Assembly (NCBI RefSeq): GCF_018977255.1
Contig: NW_024704743.1
Coordinates: 67,396,001 to 67,460,000 of the forward strand
Reading direction: 5' to 3'
DNA length: 64,000 nucleotides
DNA from: Callorhinchus milii
Lineage: Eukaryota
Of the stretch, positions 26,441 to 39,330 are shown in pieces; the stretch's first letter is position 1; the number at the start of each line of letters is the position of its first letter. Below the pieces are notes generated by a model. It was given only the letters and a program-made list of their open reading frames with translations. It did not search any database and was not told where the DNA came from. Made by a program: the position numbers and the translations under genes.

Positions 26441-27388
26441 CTTTGACCCTGAAAAGACACATGAATGCAGTCCAAGTGATTTATGGTTTTCATGTAAAAG
26501 CTGAAATTAAATTATAGCTCTATATACCAGTTGTACAATCTTGTATTATTAAGATACAGTCTGAATATAGTAACGTTTTGCACTAAAATGGCATTGGCTA
26601 AAGACTGAAAGGCAAACATGCTCACGTGATGTGCTGGATGCATTACAGATTTTTTTTGCTGTTTCTAAAAGGGAATTGTAATGAAATTAAACAATGATTC
26701 TCTAATCGTCAANTTTTTTACTGACCTTGGGGTGTGAGGCTTAGCAGAATATTTCCATTATCAACTCCCTTTATCAAAGTTAGTAAATTTGCAAACCAGC
26801 AGAGAACAAGACAAACTTGTGTTACAAGGTCGGTGAATTTACTGGCAACTAGAGCACTGCACCTTAAGAAACTAGTAATAATATTGTAAAAAGAGGTTTA
26901 AAATCATTATTAAAATTATTGTTTAATACCCCAAAGTGTACGTAAAGAACTGGAACAATCTTGATTAATCTTAAGGAATGTGAGAGGGAGAATTTGAACC
27001 AAATGGAGTGAGGTCTGTGTTTTTGGGTTCTGTGACACGTTTGATGAAGACTAGATAGGTGTTATTCCGTTCCTTATTTGGAAGAATGGGGTCTAACAGT
27101 CTATCTCAAGTAAATGAAATGGACATTGTGTTGATTCAAGAGACTTTACGACCAACTGAGAGGAACCAAAAGTCAACATTCACAAGATCAGAAATGTGTG
27201 GTATTATTATTATCGCGTTAACTTAACATTGTCCTGATTAATGGAACTCTTGGTGCCTTGCAGTCTGCTTGGACAAGATCGTGAAAGGATTTTACGACAT
27301 GAAGGTGTCAAGGAAGGACAATTAACTATTGAATTGAACTTTTCACACTTTATATCAGACAGACTCCCAAATTCCTGAGATTAAAATA

Positions 27389-27706
27389 TAATAATAATAA
27401 TAATCCTTGCATTTGATATAGCGCTTTTCACGTCGGGAGGACATCCCAAAGCGCTTCACGGAATATACAGTAAAGTTAATTGACTGTATATTTGTGGGCA
27501 AACGCAGCAGCCAATTGCGCACAGCAATGTCCCACAAACAGTCGTAGATTGAAAATGACCAATTTATTATTGTTTTGGTTTGGAGGGATTATTATTAGGC
27601 TCTGTGTGGAGTAAGGAAACTTGCCCAAGGTTCCGCTCTGCCTGGAATTGAACTCAGGTCTCTCACTTGCAAAGCGAGTGCTCTAACCACTGAACTACAG
27701 GGCTCC
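27389..27706 (-). mobile_element. tRNA-Ala-derived SINE, short form, full length
   Basis: Head, body and tail as in the other copies. Confidence 0.92.
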
Positions 27707-28018
27707 AAAACCTTGATAACCTTGGGGCTTCCCGTGTGTGGAAAGCTGAATGGATGGATCAATTCAGGAATGTGATTAGACAGACAAACTGTGAACTTTG
27801 ATTGGGTGGAATGGCCTCTGGCTACACCTTCTTATTTCATCATCATGTGTCTAAACTTTGAGGTATAAAAGAACTAAACAAATGTTAAGAGGTTGGACAC
27901 GGTGGGACACCATCGTTAGACACTGTGAGATACCAGATCCCATGGGCTGTGTGGGTTTGTGGCTAAACAATTATCCAAAGGATTATTGATGTGTCGGTGG
28001 CTGCTTTAGGGAAGTCAA

Positions 28019-28162
28019 ACAAAACACAAAATACTGCAGATGCTGGAATCTGAAACAGTTAGTTCTGATGAAGGGTCGTGGACCTGAAATGTTGACTCAC
28101 TTTCCTTTCTCCATAGATGCTGCCTGACCTGCTGAGTTTTCCCAGCTCTCTCTGTTTCTGCC
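28019..28162 (+). mobile_element. Miniature Penelope pLTR insertion (inverted end piece plus ribozyme-bearing piece)
   Basis: AAAATACTGCAGATGCTGGAATCTGAAAC followed by the pLTR in sense orientation. Flanked by AGGGAAGTCAA (28008-28018) / AGGGAAGGTCAA (28163-28174). Confidence 0.8.
28061..28097 (+). ncRNA. Minimal type-I hammerhead ribozyme motif
   Basis: AGTT-CTGATGA-A-GGGTC-GTG-GACCT-GAAA-TG-TT-GACT: core boxes and helix II intact. Confidence 0.68.
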
Positions 28163-29245
28163 AGGGAAGGTCAAGTTCAGCCTGCCCTGAAACATCTTCT
28201 GCAGTTGTAAGCATGAAACTTGTAACTGTTTAATAACCATCTTGCTGATTAATAAATTAACCCTTTGATTTATCCATTGCCTCTGTCTATTATCTTACCT
28301 CTGGGTCATACCACATAAAAACCCTACAATATAAATAATGGTCCTGAGGGAGTTGAAATAGAGAACAGAAAGGAGGTAGTAAACATACTTGATTACCTCT
28401 TCATGAAGACCTTTACCAGGCACAAAAAGACACTATCTATCATTCAATACGGATCATGTTAGCTTCAAGTCTTTTGTTATTTATATAATGATCAACTAGT
28501 GACTGTCCTGCTTGGGGAAGAGGTAAGTGGGGTCTCATTGGAGCTGAGCTGAGATAATCTGCATTAATTGAGACTAGCCCCATTGTGAACTCTGCCTTTC
28601 TCTTTCTCTGACTCACTAAAGCTTTCCTTTCCTTCTAGTCTCTCTCCTTCTGAATTTCTAACTTCCTTGCTCTCTTTCACTTTGTGCCTCATTGTCTCTG
28701 ACTTTTTTCTATCTCTTTCTGACTCTTGTTTTCAATTCTACACTGTTAAATATGCACTTACCCTGGAGTTGCTGGATCCACACTCAAAACTGTTTGGGTA
28801 AATTACTGTGCTAGTAATCTTGAATGCATGGGGTCTTTTTGCAAGTATCGCAGCCTTATGTTGATTTCTTCATCAGAAACTAAAGCGGATGAATGAATAT
28901 GTGGACAGTTGATATTTGGCTGCATGGCTTATTATAGTAATGTCAGTAACAGCTACAATTTTGCAAAATAAATAGGTCAATCCCGTGTACATGTTGACTA
29001 ATCATTGATGCGGATAGATCCAAGGTACTATAGGTAGGAAGAAAAATAGGAGGCACAGGTATTCTATCATTGGGTTACAATTTCCTAAGGGGAAGTTCAT
29101 TAACTTGTCCAAATAGGTAAGGCATCAATAAACAAAGCAAACAGGATGCTGGGTAACATTATCAAACAGTTGAATTCAGATCCCTTGACTTCATACTTAA
29201 ACTGTACAATATTCTGAACTGACTGCAACTAAAACATTTCAAAGC

Positions 29246-29833
29246 TTTCTGATTTCTGTTACATCCTATGTTTTATCAGGAACAAAGTCACAACTGATCT
29301 TCTCAAGCCTAAAAATCCCCCAGAAGAGTGTGTAAGCACTAGGCAGAATGTATTCACAACTTTGCTGTTCCATGTAGAAACATATGCTCCAGCCCAATTT
29401 GCACTCGCACTTTTGAAAAGCTTTATTTGTAACAGCTCCTGTCGATAATTGCCTGGTCATGTTGCAAAAGAGCAAACCACCCATATCCACTTTACAGTAT
29501 ATCATGGGAAGCACTTTGAGAAGTCCGACTGATGTGAAAGATGCTATACCAAATATAAGGATTATTACTAATAGAAGGAATTATGGAAGGAAGAGAACAG
29601 TGAATCAAAAACTTTCTTCAACCAAATTCCTCTTGTGACTAAGCTGTAGTTTTGCAATTGCAGGTTTACGGTTAGCACCACATTTCTGATATCTGTTACA
29701 TCCTACATTCTATCAGGAACAAGATTACAACTAATATCCTCAAGCCTAGAAACCCAAGACGAGTGTACAAGGCAGAAATATTCAAACTTTTCAAAAAGCT
29801 TTATTGGTAAAAGCTTTTGTTGACAATTGTCTG
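29246..29833 (+). repeat. Diverged local direct duplication (29246-29455 vs 29683-29833)
   Basis: Both copies read TTTCTGAT.TCTGTTACATCCTA...TATCAGGAACAA...CTCAAGCCTA...AAAAGCTTTATT.GTAA.AGCT...AATTG.CTG. Confidence 0.85.
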
Positions 29834-30494
29834 AATGTGTTTAACCTTGAAGAGGTACTTGTTTCCAATTCATCTGAGTGTCTCCAGTCTATCAGAACAT
29901 TCGCCCCCACATTGTTCAAAGACTCATTTTGATTTGAAAGCAAATCTCCTTGGACAAATGTAAATCTTTCCACTGACCTGTCTGCTGATACTAAAATTAA
30001 TGTGGCCTTCAAGATATGAAAGTTTGATTTGCCTTTGGAAATGTATACCAGCTTTCATTGTTGGTATTGACCATGTATTTCAAAATTAACACCAATAGTA
30101 CTGATGTATAGGAAAACACATTTTTATAGTATCTAAATTTATAGGTAGAATGACCAGATATCTACAATAGTAAAAGGGAATAACACTTTCACACTGCACT
30201 TAGTGGCTTTTGCACACACTGCAACAGCTCACAACTGATTTTAAATATTCTATAACCGGTGTATATTCATGCTGCAAATATCGTCAATTGAAGAAGTATT
30301 TTGGATACATATTGTATTGCAATAACCATTTGTGTCAAAGCAGGCATTCTATTGGAAAAATGTAACAGAAATGTAACACTATCCTATTTTTTCTCTTTAT
30401 CCTAAGATCAATACAGTGCCTCTTTGATATTAATGCCTGGATATAGATTGTAGAAGGTATCATTTTTAGTATTCTAATGACTGTTGGAGCTAGG

Positions 30495-31350
30495 AGTATT
30501 GAACTCCACCTCACCAAGTCAGTCAGGAACCTGGGCATTTTGTTCGACCTCAACTGTCCTTTCTCCCCCATATCTGTGCTATGAGCCGCTATGCCTTCCT
30601 CCACTTCCCCAACATTGCCCGACTCTGCCACTACCTCACCCCTCAGGCCACCGAAACCCTCATACATGCATTCTCACCTCAAGGCTTGAACCAGACTCTG
30701 TGACCCCATCACCCCCACCCTCGCCCGTCTCCACTGGCTCCCCATCCCTCAGAGGATAGAGTTCAAAATCCTCGTCCTCACTTTCAAGGCCTTCCATGGC
30801 CTTGCCCCCTCCTACATCTATGACCTGCTAACAATATCAATAATAAAATTACATTTGTATAGTGCCTTTCACAGCCTGTCCATTCCCTCCGTTCAGCAGG
30901 CTCCGGTCTGCTCCATGTCTCCCGCCCGACTCACCCTCCCACTGGCGGCCGGGCTTTCAGCCTCTCCGCCCCCACCCTTTCGAACTCCATCCCACAATCC
31001 CTTTGCCTTGCTCCCTTCCCTCTCTTGCCTCCTTCAAGGTATGACTCAAGACCCTCCTTTTTGACCGTGCCTTCAGCCGCCCTCCTACCTTTCTGCCCTC
31101 CCTCATCCCAACCCTGCCCCCCACCCCTGGGTCATCATCTCCAACAACAAAATTACATTTGCATTTGCATAGCGCCTTTTATGTCAGGAGTTACGGACCC
31201 GAGCTGGGGGGGGGGGGGGGGGGGGGGGAGGGGGGTGGAGGGCAGGGAGGGAAGCTGGGAGATCGAAAACACGGTTGAAGAGGAGGGTCTTGAAGGTGGT
31301 AAGGGAAGGGGCGAGAAGGAGGGACTGCGGGATGGAGTTCCAGAGGATGG
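30495..31350. mobile_element. L2 fragments: plus-strand 30495-31135, followed tail-to-tail by a minus-strand 3' end 31143-31350
   Basis: VRNLGILFD and LHWLPIPQRIEFKILVLTFKA on plus; tail and G-tract on minus. Confidence 0.85.
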
Positions 31351-31764
31351 GTGCAGAGTCTGTTCAGCGTCTTGGGACATCCTTCTGAGGTAAAAGGTGC
31401 TTTACAAATGTAATTTTGTTGTTGTTTATGAACAGAAACCACGCAGGCTCTCTGATCCAAAGTGGATTCAAGGAGCTGAAGAAAAGGTCATGCATAACAG
31501 TAATCTTCCTCTAGACATCTTTATGATGCTTCTTAATTTATGACTGAGAAGGGGTTTAATTTGCAAATGTGTTCATGACACCTCATGGAACAATAAGAGT
31601 ACTACACCAAACTTTTCCTTTTAACAAATTAATGTTCCTGTTTGGATAGTCTCACTGTCTAACTTAAACAGTCATTGGACACTTGGGAGCAAAGTTGATC
31701 CAAAACCATTTCCCATTTTAATTTATAGAATTGGGAAATGAGTCATTTTTTCCCCGGCTTTGAA

Positions 31765-32310
31765 ATCATAGAATATTACAGCACAGAAGGAGGCCATTCA
31801 GCCCATCGTGCCTGTGCCAGCTCTATTGAAGAGCTACCCAATCAGGCCCACTCCCCTGCTTTTTCCCCATATCTTTGCAAATTTATCCTCTTCAAGTACC
31901 TATCCAATTCCCTTTTGAAGGTTGTCATTGAATCTGTTTCCACCACCCTTTCAGGCAATGCATTCCAGACCATAAAACTCTGCTTAAAGAAAATTCTCCT
32001 CATCTCCCCTCTGGTTCTTTTGCCAATTATCTTAAATCTATGTTCCCTGGTTACCAATCTACCTGCCAGTGGAAACAGTTTCTCCCTGTTTACTCTCAAA
32101 ATCCCTCATAATTTTGAACATCTCTATTACATTTCCTCTTAACCTTCTCTGCTCCAAGGAGAACAATCCCAGCTTCTCTAGTCTCTCCACATAATTAAAG
32201 TCCCTCGTCCCTGGCACCATTCTGGCAAATCTTCTCTGCACCCTCTCAAAGGCCTTGATATAGTGTGTCCAGAATTGGACACAACACTCCAGCTGAAGCC
32301 TAACCTTAAG
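31765..32310 (-). mobile_element. CR1 LINE 3' end
   Basis: ERVQRRFARMVPG...YVERLEKLGLFSLEQRRLRGNVIEMFKIM and TREHRFKI...WNALPERVVE...FKRELD. Terminal TTCTATGAT on minus. Confidence 0.93.
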
Positions 32311-35300
32311 ACCCAACCTTAAGGTTGAAAATCCTATCACTGATATGATATTTTTAACTGAAAATTGCTGTGCTAAGAGCTTAGTTATATCAGATGGGTG
32401 ATTGTTTTACTCTGCTGAATACATATTGTTTTCATTCAGTTGACCAAAATCCTGCCCAGATAGATATGTGGGGAGGACATGTTGTTCTTCTTCATGACAA
32501 AACTGATATTTTATGTGACAGAAACATAGAGAAGTCTAATAATGTGGCAAATTACAACGTAATTCCTTTTGAAGTAAATAACTCATCCTGGAAGTCCGCT
32601 CCAAGAGTAGATTGTGTGATCCCATGGCTCAGTATGTTAATATACTTCCAATATTAAGGAATTTTGTCAGTAATCGCGGCAGGGTTTAATACACAAAATG
32701 ATGGAAAGCTTCCAGTCTTGTGTTGAACTTTCTGAACCTGTGGTTTATTACCACAAGAGCAGATAGAGCATGAAGAGAGAAAAGGCCCATTGACACATCC
32801 CTCTACAGTACAAGATTGATCCTATTAATAACTTCATTCCACCCATTCATCACCTGGGGAAAAACTTCACATGAAAGTTCCCCAAACTCCAAAGTCAATT
32901 AAGCTAAAGCTCTATAAAATTCCTCCATGCCCACCATTCAAACCTGGCCTTCATGCGTGTAGATAATACATCGTAATAAAATAGGAACAGGAGGAGAACC
33001 ATTTAGCCCATAGAGTCTGTTCCGCCTATTTTTTATATTTTGTCTGACATTTTAATTATGATCCAACCACGCCCCCCCATGCATCCTCCTTTCCTTACCC
33101 CAGCAGCACAGTGTGTAGTGTGAAGTACTTCCTCAGCCTGCCCCTACAACTATCAATTTATAAACAAAATACACAGGCACATAGACAAAACTGGCAACTC
33201 ATACACCAAGTCTTCACATCTTAAGTTTATTCCTCTTCACTGTAAATGCTACAGCTCTGATCTAGATCCAAGATCTGTGAGGAGGGTGGCATGCAAATTT
33301 CAGCGACAGAAGTAAAGCACATAAGCTAAAAAGGGGATGATTATGGTGACATTTCACCCCACCAACAGCAACAGCTTACATTTATATAGCACCTTTCATG
33401 TCAGGAGGATGTCTTGAAGCGTATTACAATTATCGTCCTCTAAACATCACATAAAAATAAAACTGTGAACACTGGAAATCTGAAAAAAAATTGCAGGAAA
33501 TGGGCAGCAGGTTAATGAGCATCTGAGAAATAAGGTTGAATATTTTAAGTGTGACCTTTTATGACAATTAGAATGAAAATATTGGAAATGCTACTTTGTA
33601 GGACTGAGGAGGGTTATGTTACCAGCATTTTCTAGGTTTTTTAAGCTTCAGCCTGCATATGGGTAGGAAGTAGAGTAACAGGATTAGAGCAGATAGCGCC
33701 AAGAAAGGAGCATTGCACAATGTACTGATTGATGGCCTTCAGTGCTGTAAACATTGTGATTCTCTGCCCAAGTCTAACCACTGTTAATCCATCACTATAA
33801 ATGTAATGTTCTTGCGCACAATTTTTGCTCATAAATTTAGTATTGCAGCAACCTTATAGATTCACAGCATTTTTGCAGGGTCAAACAGATCCAGACAAAT
33901 GGATACGTAACAGATGCCTCTTAATGGGAGCGCATTCTTTCTGCCCGATTGATCCAAGAGTAAACACTGTAGAAAATATCCAGTGCCTGTACCATGATCC
34001 AATTAACAGTGATGCATCATGCGAGTGCACAAGAACTACAGGTAATGCCATTAAGTCACCTCCAGTATCAGCTTTACAGGCTGGTATACAAATATGCCAT
34101 TGGTCACTATAAGACTGGGTCTCTTGAAATAACAGTAACTGGAAGTCATTCAAATTCTTGGGAAACAATCATGTGATGGGTCTATGCATTGGTCCATGGA
34201 ATATCTAATTAAATTCGGAAATTGTCACAGTGGATCTTGGTAATTGATTAACTATACAATTCACTACTTACATGCTGGATGAGTTGCAATAAAAGCCAAG
34301 AAATTGTGGCCATGAAGGAACAACGAAACTCTGTTCCCAAAAACCAAAACATTTTCTGATCTGATGTATTGAAAATGATCAGAAGTATTTCCATTAACAG
34401 GGATGTCTATTAAATAGCATGTTCATTACACAAATCTGAATGTACTTTGTTTTAATTTGACTTTTGGTGATTGCAAAAACTACTCTTTACGCACAGGGCA
34501 ATTTTTCAACATAAAATTATCATCTTTTCAATCAGTCTGTTGTCTTTGTTCTATTTTCTGGATTGTTATTATGAAAGAAGCGACATTAGAATATTCTAAA
34601 ATTTCTGCAATTAAGTTAATATCTTTTTTTTAGAGCTTGCTTTAATAATCTTGCAGTGCTTCGGGTTATCACATTCCACATGCTTCAGTTGAATTTATCA
34701 CATACTTCTTGTCAATGAACCATAAAATGTGTTTCGAACCTCAATGAGAAGACTGGCATTCTCCATTCATTTGACAGGAACTAGAAATTCTACATTCCCT
34801 TATCCACAAAAAAGTTCCCCATATATATATATTTTTCAAATCATCTTCAAAAATTGCTCTTAAAAGAAATTGAAAAGATTCTCGATTCCATTTCAATAAT
34901 TCAACTTAAATACCCATACGCATTACAAAAAAAGTTCACTAATAAAACACAGTCACTCCAGTTTACAATATACTATATCCTGTGAAGCGCTTTAACGTAT
35001 CCTCCTGACGTGAAAAGTGCTGTACCAAGTGCAAGATTATTATTAATTAAGGGAATTATACTGCTCATGTAACAAATTTGTTGATGTGTACTGAGCTGTA
35101 GTGCTGTATTCGAGAATTTTTAACACATTTGTCGCTGTGACATTTAATTGAAACTAAATGACATTATAAATATTTAAATAATTTATAAGAACACAGTGAC
35201 AAATTGACTAAAACTACTGAACTGAATCAGTGCACTTGAACATATTCTGCCCTGGGGCTGTGTAGTCTTTCTGATTCCAGCTTTAAGACTGTATCAATGC

Positions 35301-35719
35301 TTTGGTGTTTCTTTGCCAATGACTGGAGGTCACCCCAACATTACATGCATTATAAGCAAATGGAATTCTGTAATTCAGAAAAGCTCCCTCCTCTTTTCAA
35401 ATACAGTCATGCAGATGTATCCTTGGTTAAATAACTCATCTGAAAGATGGCACCTCTCACAATGCAGCTCTTCCCAGTGCTGAACTGCAGTTACAGCCTA
35501 AACTATGAGTTCAAGTCCTGATGGGTTTGAACCCATAACTTCAAGAGGCAACACTTCCACCAACAGAGCCAAGCTAACAGAGAGAAGTAGATTAGTACAC
35601 AGGCAGGGAACCACAGAACACACAAGGATGATTACACTGAGGATAAGGATTGAATAGATTCCATTAGGTAAAACTCTGGGTTCATATTTGAACTCACAAG
35701 GTCAAGGCTGCCACTCAAA

Positions 35720-36042
35720 TATAGTGCTGGGGTGCACTGAATTGCTAGGGATGCTGTCATTCAGATAAGACCATAACTCAAGGTCTCATCTCCCTGTTTA
35801 GGTAGATGATGATGATTTCAATGTGCTACTCATAAAGAGAAGAGAATTTCTTTTGATGTCCTGGCCAACATTCCTCCAGATAAAATTCACTTCATGGCTG
35901 TTTGTGGGATATAGCAGTGCACTAACTGGCTACAACATTTGTCTGTAAAATACAGTCACTGCATTCTACAGTAAATCTGCAAAGTGCTTTGAGAGGTTCC
36001 AGCAATGTGATAAAGCACTATATCAAATGCAAAGATTATTAT
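35720..36042 (+). mobile_element. Old DeuSINE body and tail
   Basis: GATGCTGTCATTCAGATAAGAC...GCTGTTTGTGGGATATAGCAGTGC...ATCAAATGCAAAGATTATT. A minus-strand head half lies at ~35420-35580. Confidence 0.65.
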
Positions 36043-37734
36043 TCCTTTTATTTATGCGTATCTGCAGCATCATTTAAAAATAGTTGTCAGTGACCCTTTG
36101 CACATAGTGCTCAAGGTAATTTAAAGCAAGTTGGCCTCAAATGACTAAGATAATTGGAAGAAACTGCAAGCATTGATGTGTTGCGGCATTCCACGCCTCA
36201 GCGTTCTTGTCAGTTATTCTCTTCATGCATAATCTTTATTTTTCAAGAGAAATGTTAAGAAGTCCTTCAAAATATCATTTGGCACTCAATCATTCCTGAC
36301 CTCTGGGGATGCTTGCTCTGCGTGGGGGGTTCCTAACTCTGCATTGAATATGAATTTTTAAATTTGATTTTAATAAAATCAAGGATCAATTTGATGCCGT
36401 TAGATTGTTTATTCCAATGTTTTTCATAATATTCTATCTCTCAGGCATGCACATCACTTTGCCATGGTAGTGAGTTCAATATTACTGGACTGCTGCATAT
36501 GTTCGGAGGACAACAACATTAAAAATTAAAATCCATTGGATTTGACATTGGCTATTTGATTAAATAGGTAGAGGAGGGATTCTAATCATGAGAGTCACTA
36601 CATTGTTACAGCAATTGAGGAGCTTTGGGCTGAGCCTCATGGTTTTGAAGGAAAGAATCAAAAGGCAGAAGAGGTATTCTGGGCTTGAAGTAGAAGCTGC
36701 TTAGGCCATTGGGGGACTTGTGTACAAAAGGACTGACCTTTCTGCAGAGTGAATTGATATCTCCCTCCTTCACACAAGAGACTGAGTACCTTTACTTAAT
36801 TCATAAAATATTCTACTGGAGGTGAATTTTACTGAATTTTAAATTTTTCAATCAACTGCTCAATACCAGTAACATTAAAGACTGACAGTTCTCCCAATTC
36901 ACTAACACTCTCAAACAACCTCCATACCACAGAGCTTAAGCTAATTTGTGTTAATATTTATAGAGGTTAGTGATTGCAGCTTCATATAGTGAGGCTTGAC
37001 AGATAGAGAGTCAGTGCAAAAATGGAATGACAGTTTTGTGCACATTTCCCTCAAATGGGAGAATATGAATAGCCTGTCAATTGGAATTCTGGAATAAAAA
37101 CAGTATTATTTCAGCGCGTTAAATAACAACCATGGGGTAAATGGATTGTTACATGAATGCTGGTAATAAATATTACAGACAAATGATGACACTTAACAAC
37201 TGGAGTGAAACGTTCATTATCTTGAAATGACCATGTCCATCAGATGGATTGCCCTTTTGTTCCTGCTGTTTTATCAGTTCTTTTGAATACATTGATCTGA
37301 GAATGTGTGCCGCAAATAACTTTTTTTTAAAGGGTCCTGTAACCAGACTATTCTTAAACATTTCTATTCCCACTTATCATTGGGCCAGGCTCTCAGATTG
37401 CAACCTTCACAGGATCAGGGGTGCCATTCGGCCTGTCAAACCCTGTTCTGTGATTTTAGTAGATCGTGACAGATCTTTTCATCCTATTTCCCTGACTTTT
37501 CTCTATATCCATTCATCCTCTTATCTCACATCTTTCCTGCCACAAAGACACTGTCTTTTGTAGTGTTTTACATTTATTTAATAGTTCTGATATTATTCAT
37601 GTTTAACATTTTATGGTATGTTCGCAGATCAGAGGGATATAATAAATCTGCCACATCTTTTGAGATGTGTCTAAACAGAGATTATGCACAATTACATATA
37701 AAGTGTAACATTGCTAATTTGCAACATTAATGTG

Positions 37735-37990
37735 CCTTTCTCCATCTCTTTCTTTCGGTCTCTTTTTCTTTTCCTGTGTGTGTCTGAGTCTTACTCTCTC
37801 TCTGTAAGCCTCTGGGTGTGCCTTTGCCTCTTTCGGTTCATATGCGTGTATGCCTTTTTTGTCTCTTTCAGTGTATGTGTGTGTGAGTTTGTTTTGCTAT
37901 TTGTGTGTGTGTGTGTGTTTGTGTGTGTCTATCTGTGCATTTTCATCTCTTTCTGTATATGTGTGTGTCTGTGTATCTCTCTCTCTCGAG
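37735..37990. repeat. (TG)n/(TC)n compound microsatellite
   Basis: Imperfect TG and TC dinucleotide runs. Confidence 0.8.
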
Positions 37991-38904
37991 ATGTTACATT
38001 CAAAAAATACAATGGATGTTTTGGGAAGCAACAGGAAGTATGATTTCCAACTGAAGGATATTAAACGGAAGATTAGAAAGGCATTTGTTACGGTGAGAAT
38101 TGTTAGGTTGTGGAATTGTTAGGATGTGTCAGGATGTGTACCCTGATGGATCTAACAGTACTGCTCAAACTCATTCTTTCTCAAGATGTTTGATTGCTTT
38201 ATTTCCCTCAATCATTGCAGTCTACAGGCTGTCAAGCCTTAAACTCAAATTACTAAAATGCTTCTACATTCATGGCAGAAAGGAAGTGGAGGCAACTTGT
38301 TCAAGCCCTATTTTTTACAATATAATTCAACTTGAATTAGACTTTGGAACTTTATAGCGCTAATTTGGCTACAATTTACAATATATCCTGTGAAGCGTTT
38401 TGAGATGTCCTCCTGATGTGAAAGGTGTTATATCAAATGTAAGGGTTATTATGATTATTTATAGCAGTAAAGATCAATAGAAAAGAGAGAAAAAAACTTA
38501 AATCTATATATTACTTAAAAGTGTGTCATTTGATTCAGTTTTTTTTAACCCAAGCAATTGACCTGTCTTCCCTTGTCTATTAACTGCCTTTCAGAACAAG
38601 TGAAAAACTAATTATTTTAGTTATTTCAGGCATTTTCTGATGATACGTTACAAGCTATGCTACCCAAATGGTGCCCCCTATTTAGTTAATAACTGTTCAG
38701 ATAGACTTTAAGAAATGAGCACGTTCATCTGCAATGTTAGATTCAGTTCAATTAAAAAATGAAAGATGAGGGTGTGGGGAGAGGGAAAAGCTTTAGCCTC
38801 AAAGCAAATGCTGATAAATTAATATCAGGAAGTAGGGAGACAAAATTGGTTGAATTACAGAGAATAGAGAGGAAATCTACCAATAGAAACAATACACATA
38901 GTTA

Positions 38905-39330
38905 CATAATAATAATCCTCATATTTGATATAGCTCCTTATCATGTCAGGAGGATGTCTCAAAGCGCTTTACAGGATATACTGTAAAGTGTAATGACTAT
39001 GCGTTTTGTAGGCAAATGCAGCAGTCAATTTGCCCACAGCAACGTCCAACAAACAGCTTTGAAGTGATTGACCAATTTTATTTGAAGGATTGTAAGCCAG
39101 GACACCAAGAGAAACTCTCTTCTCTTTTAGAATAGTGCCATGGGATATTTAACATCCACCTGAACAGGCAGATATGACCTTGATATAATGTCTCATCTGA
39201 AAGACAGCAAGTGCAACAATGCAGCTCACATTCGAGGGTCAACAGAGGTTGTAGGAGTTCCAAATCCCGATGCAGAACTTCAACCCTCAACCTTCTGACT
39301 CAGGGTTGAGAGTGCTACTGACTGAGCCAG
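38905..39330 (-). mobile_element. Old DeuSINE, near full length
   Basis: Matches 1848-2335 and 51545-51965 along its length. Confidence 0.75.

Noticed and set aside
26713..26713. Single ambiguous base (n)
   Set aside because: Assembly uncertainty, not biology.
28755..28960. Minus-strand exon ending at a strong donor (G|GTAAGTG at ~28761)
   Set aside because: All frames from the plausible acceptor near 28880 contain stops. Only an unsupported 28-nt micro-exon remains.
31206..31236. Long G-tract as a G-quadruplex regulatory element
   Set aside because: It is an expanded C-rich tract of an L2 3' UTR, and homopolymer length is unreliable in assemblies.
37711..38122. Cys/Val-rich membrane-like ORFs
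   Set aside because: Translation of a (TG)n/(TC)n microsatellite plus a CR1 scrap.
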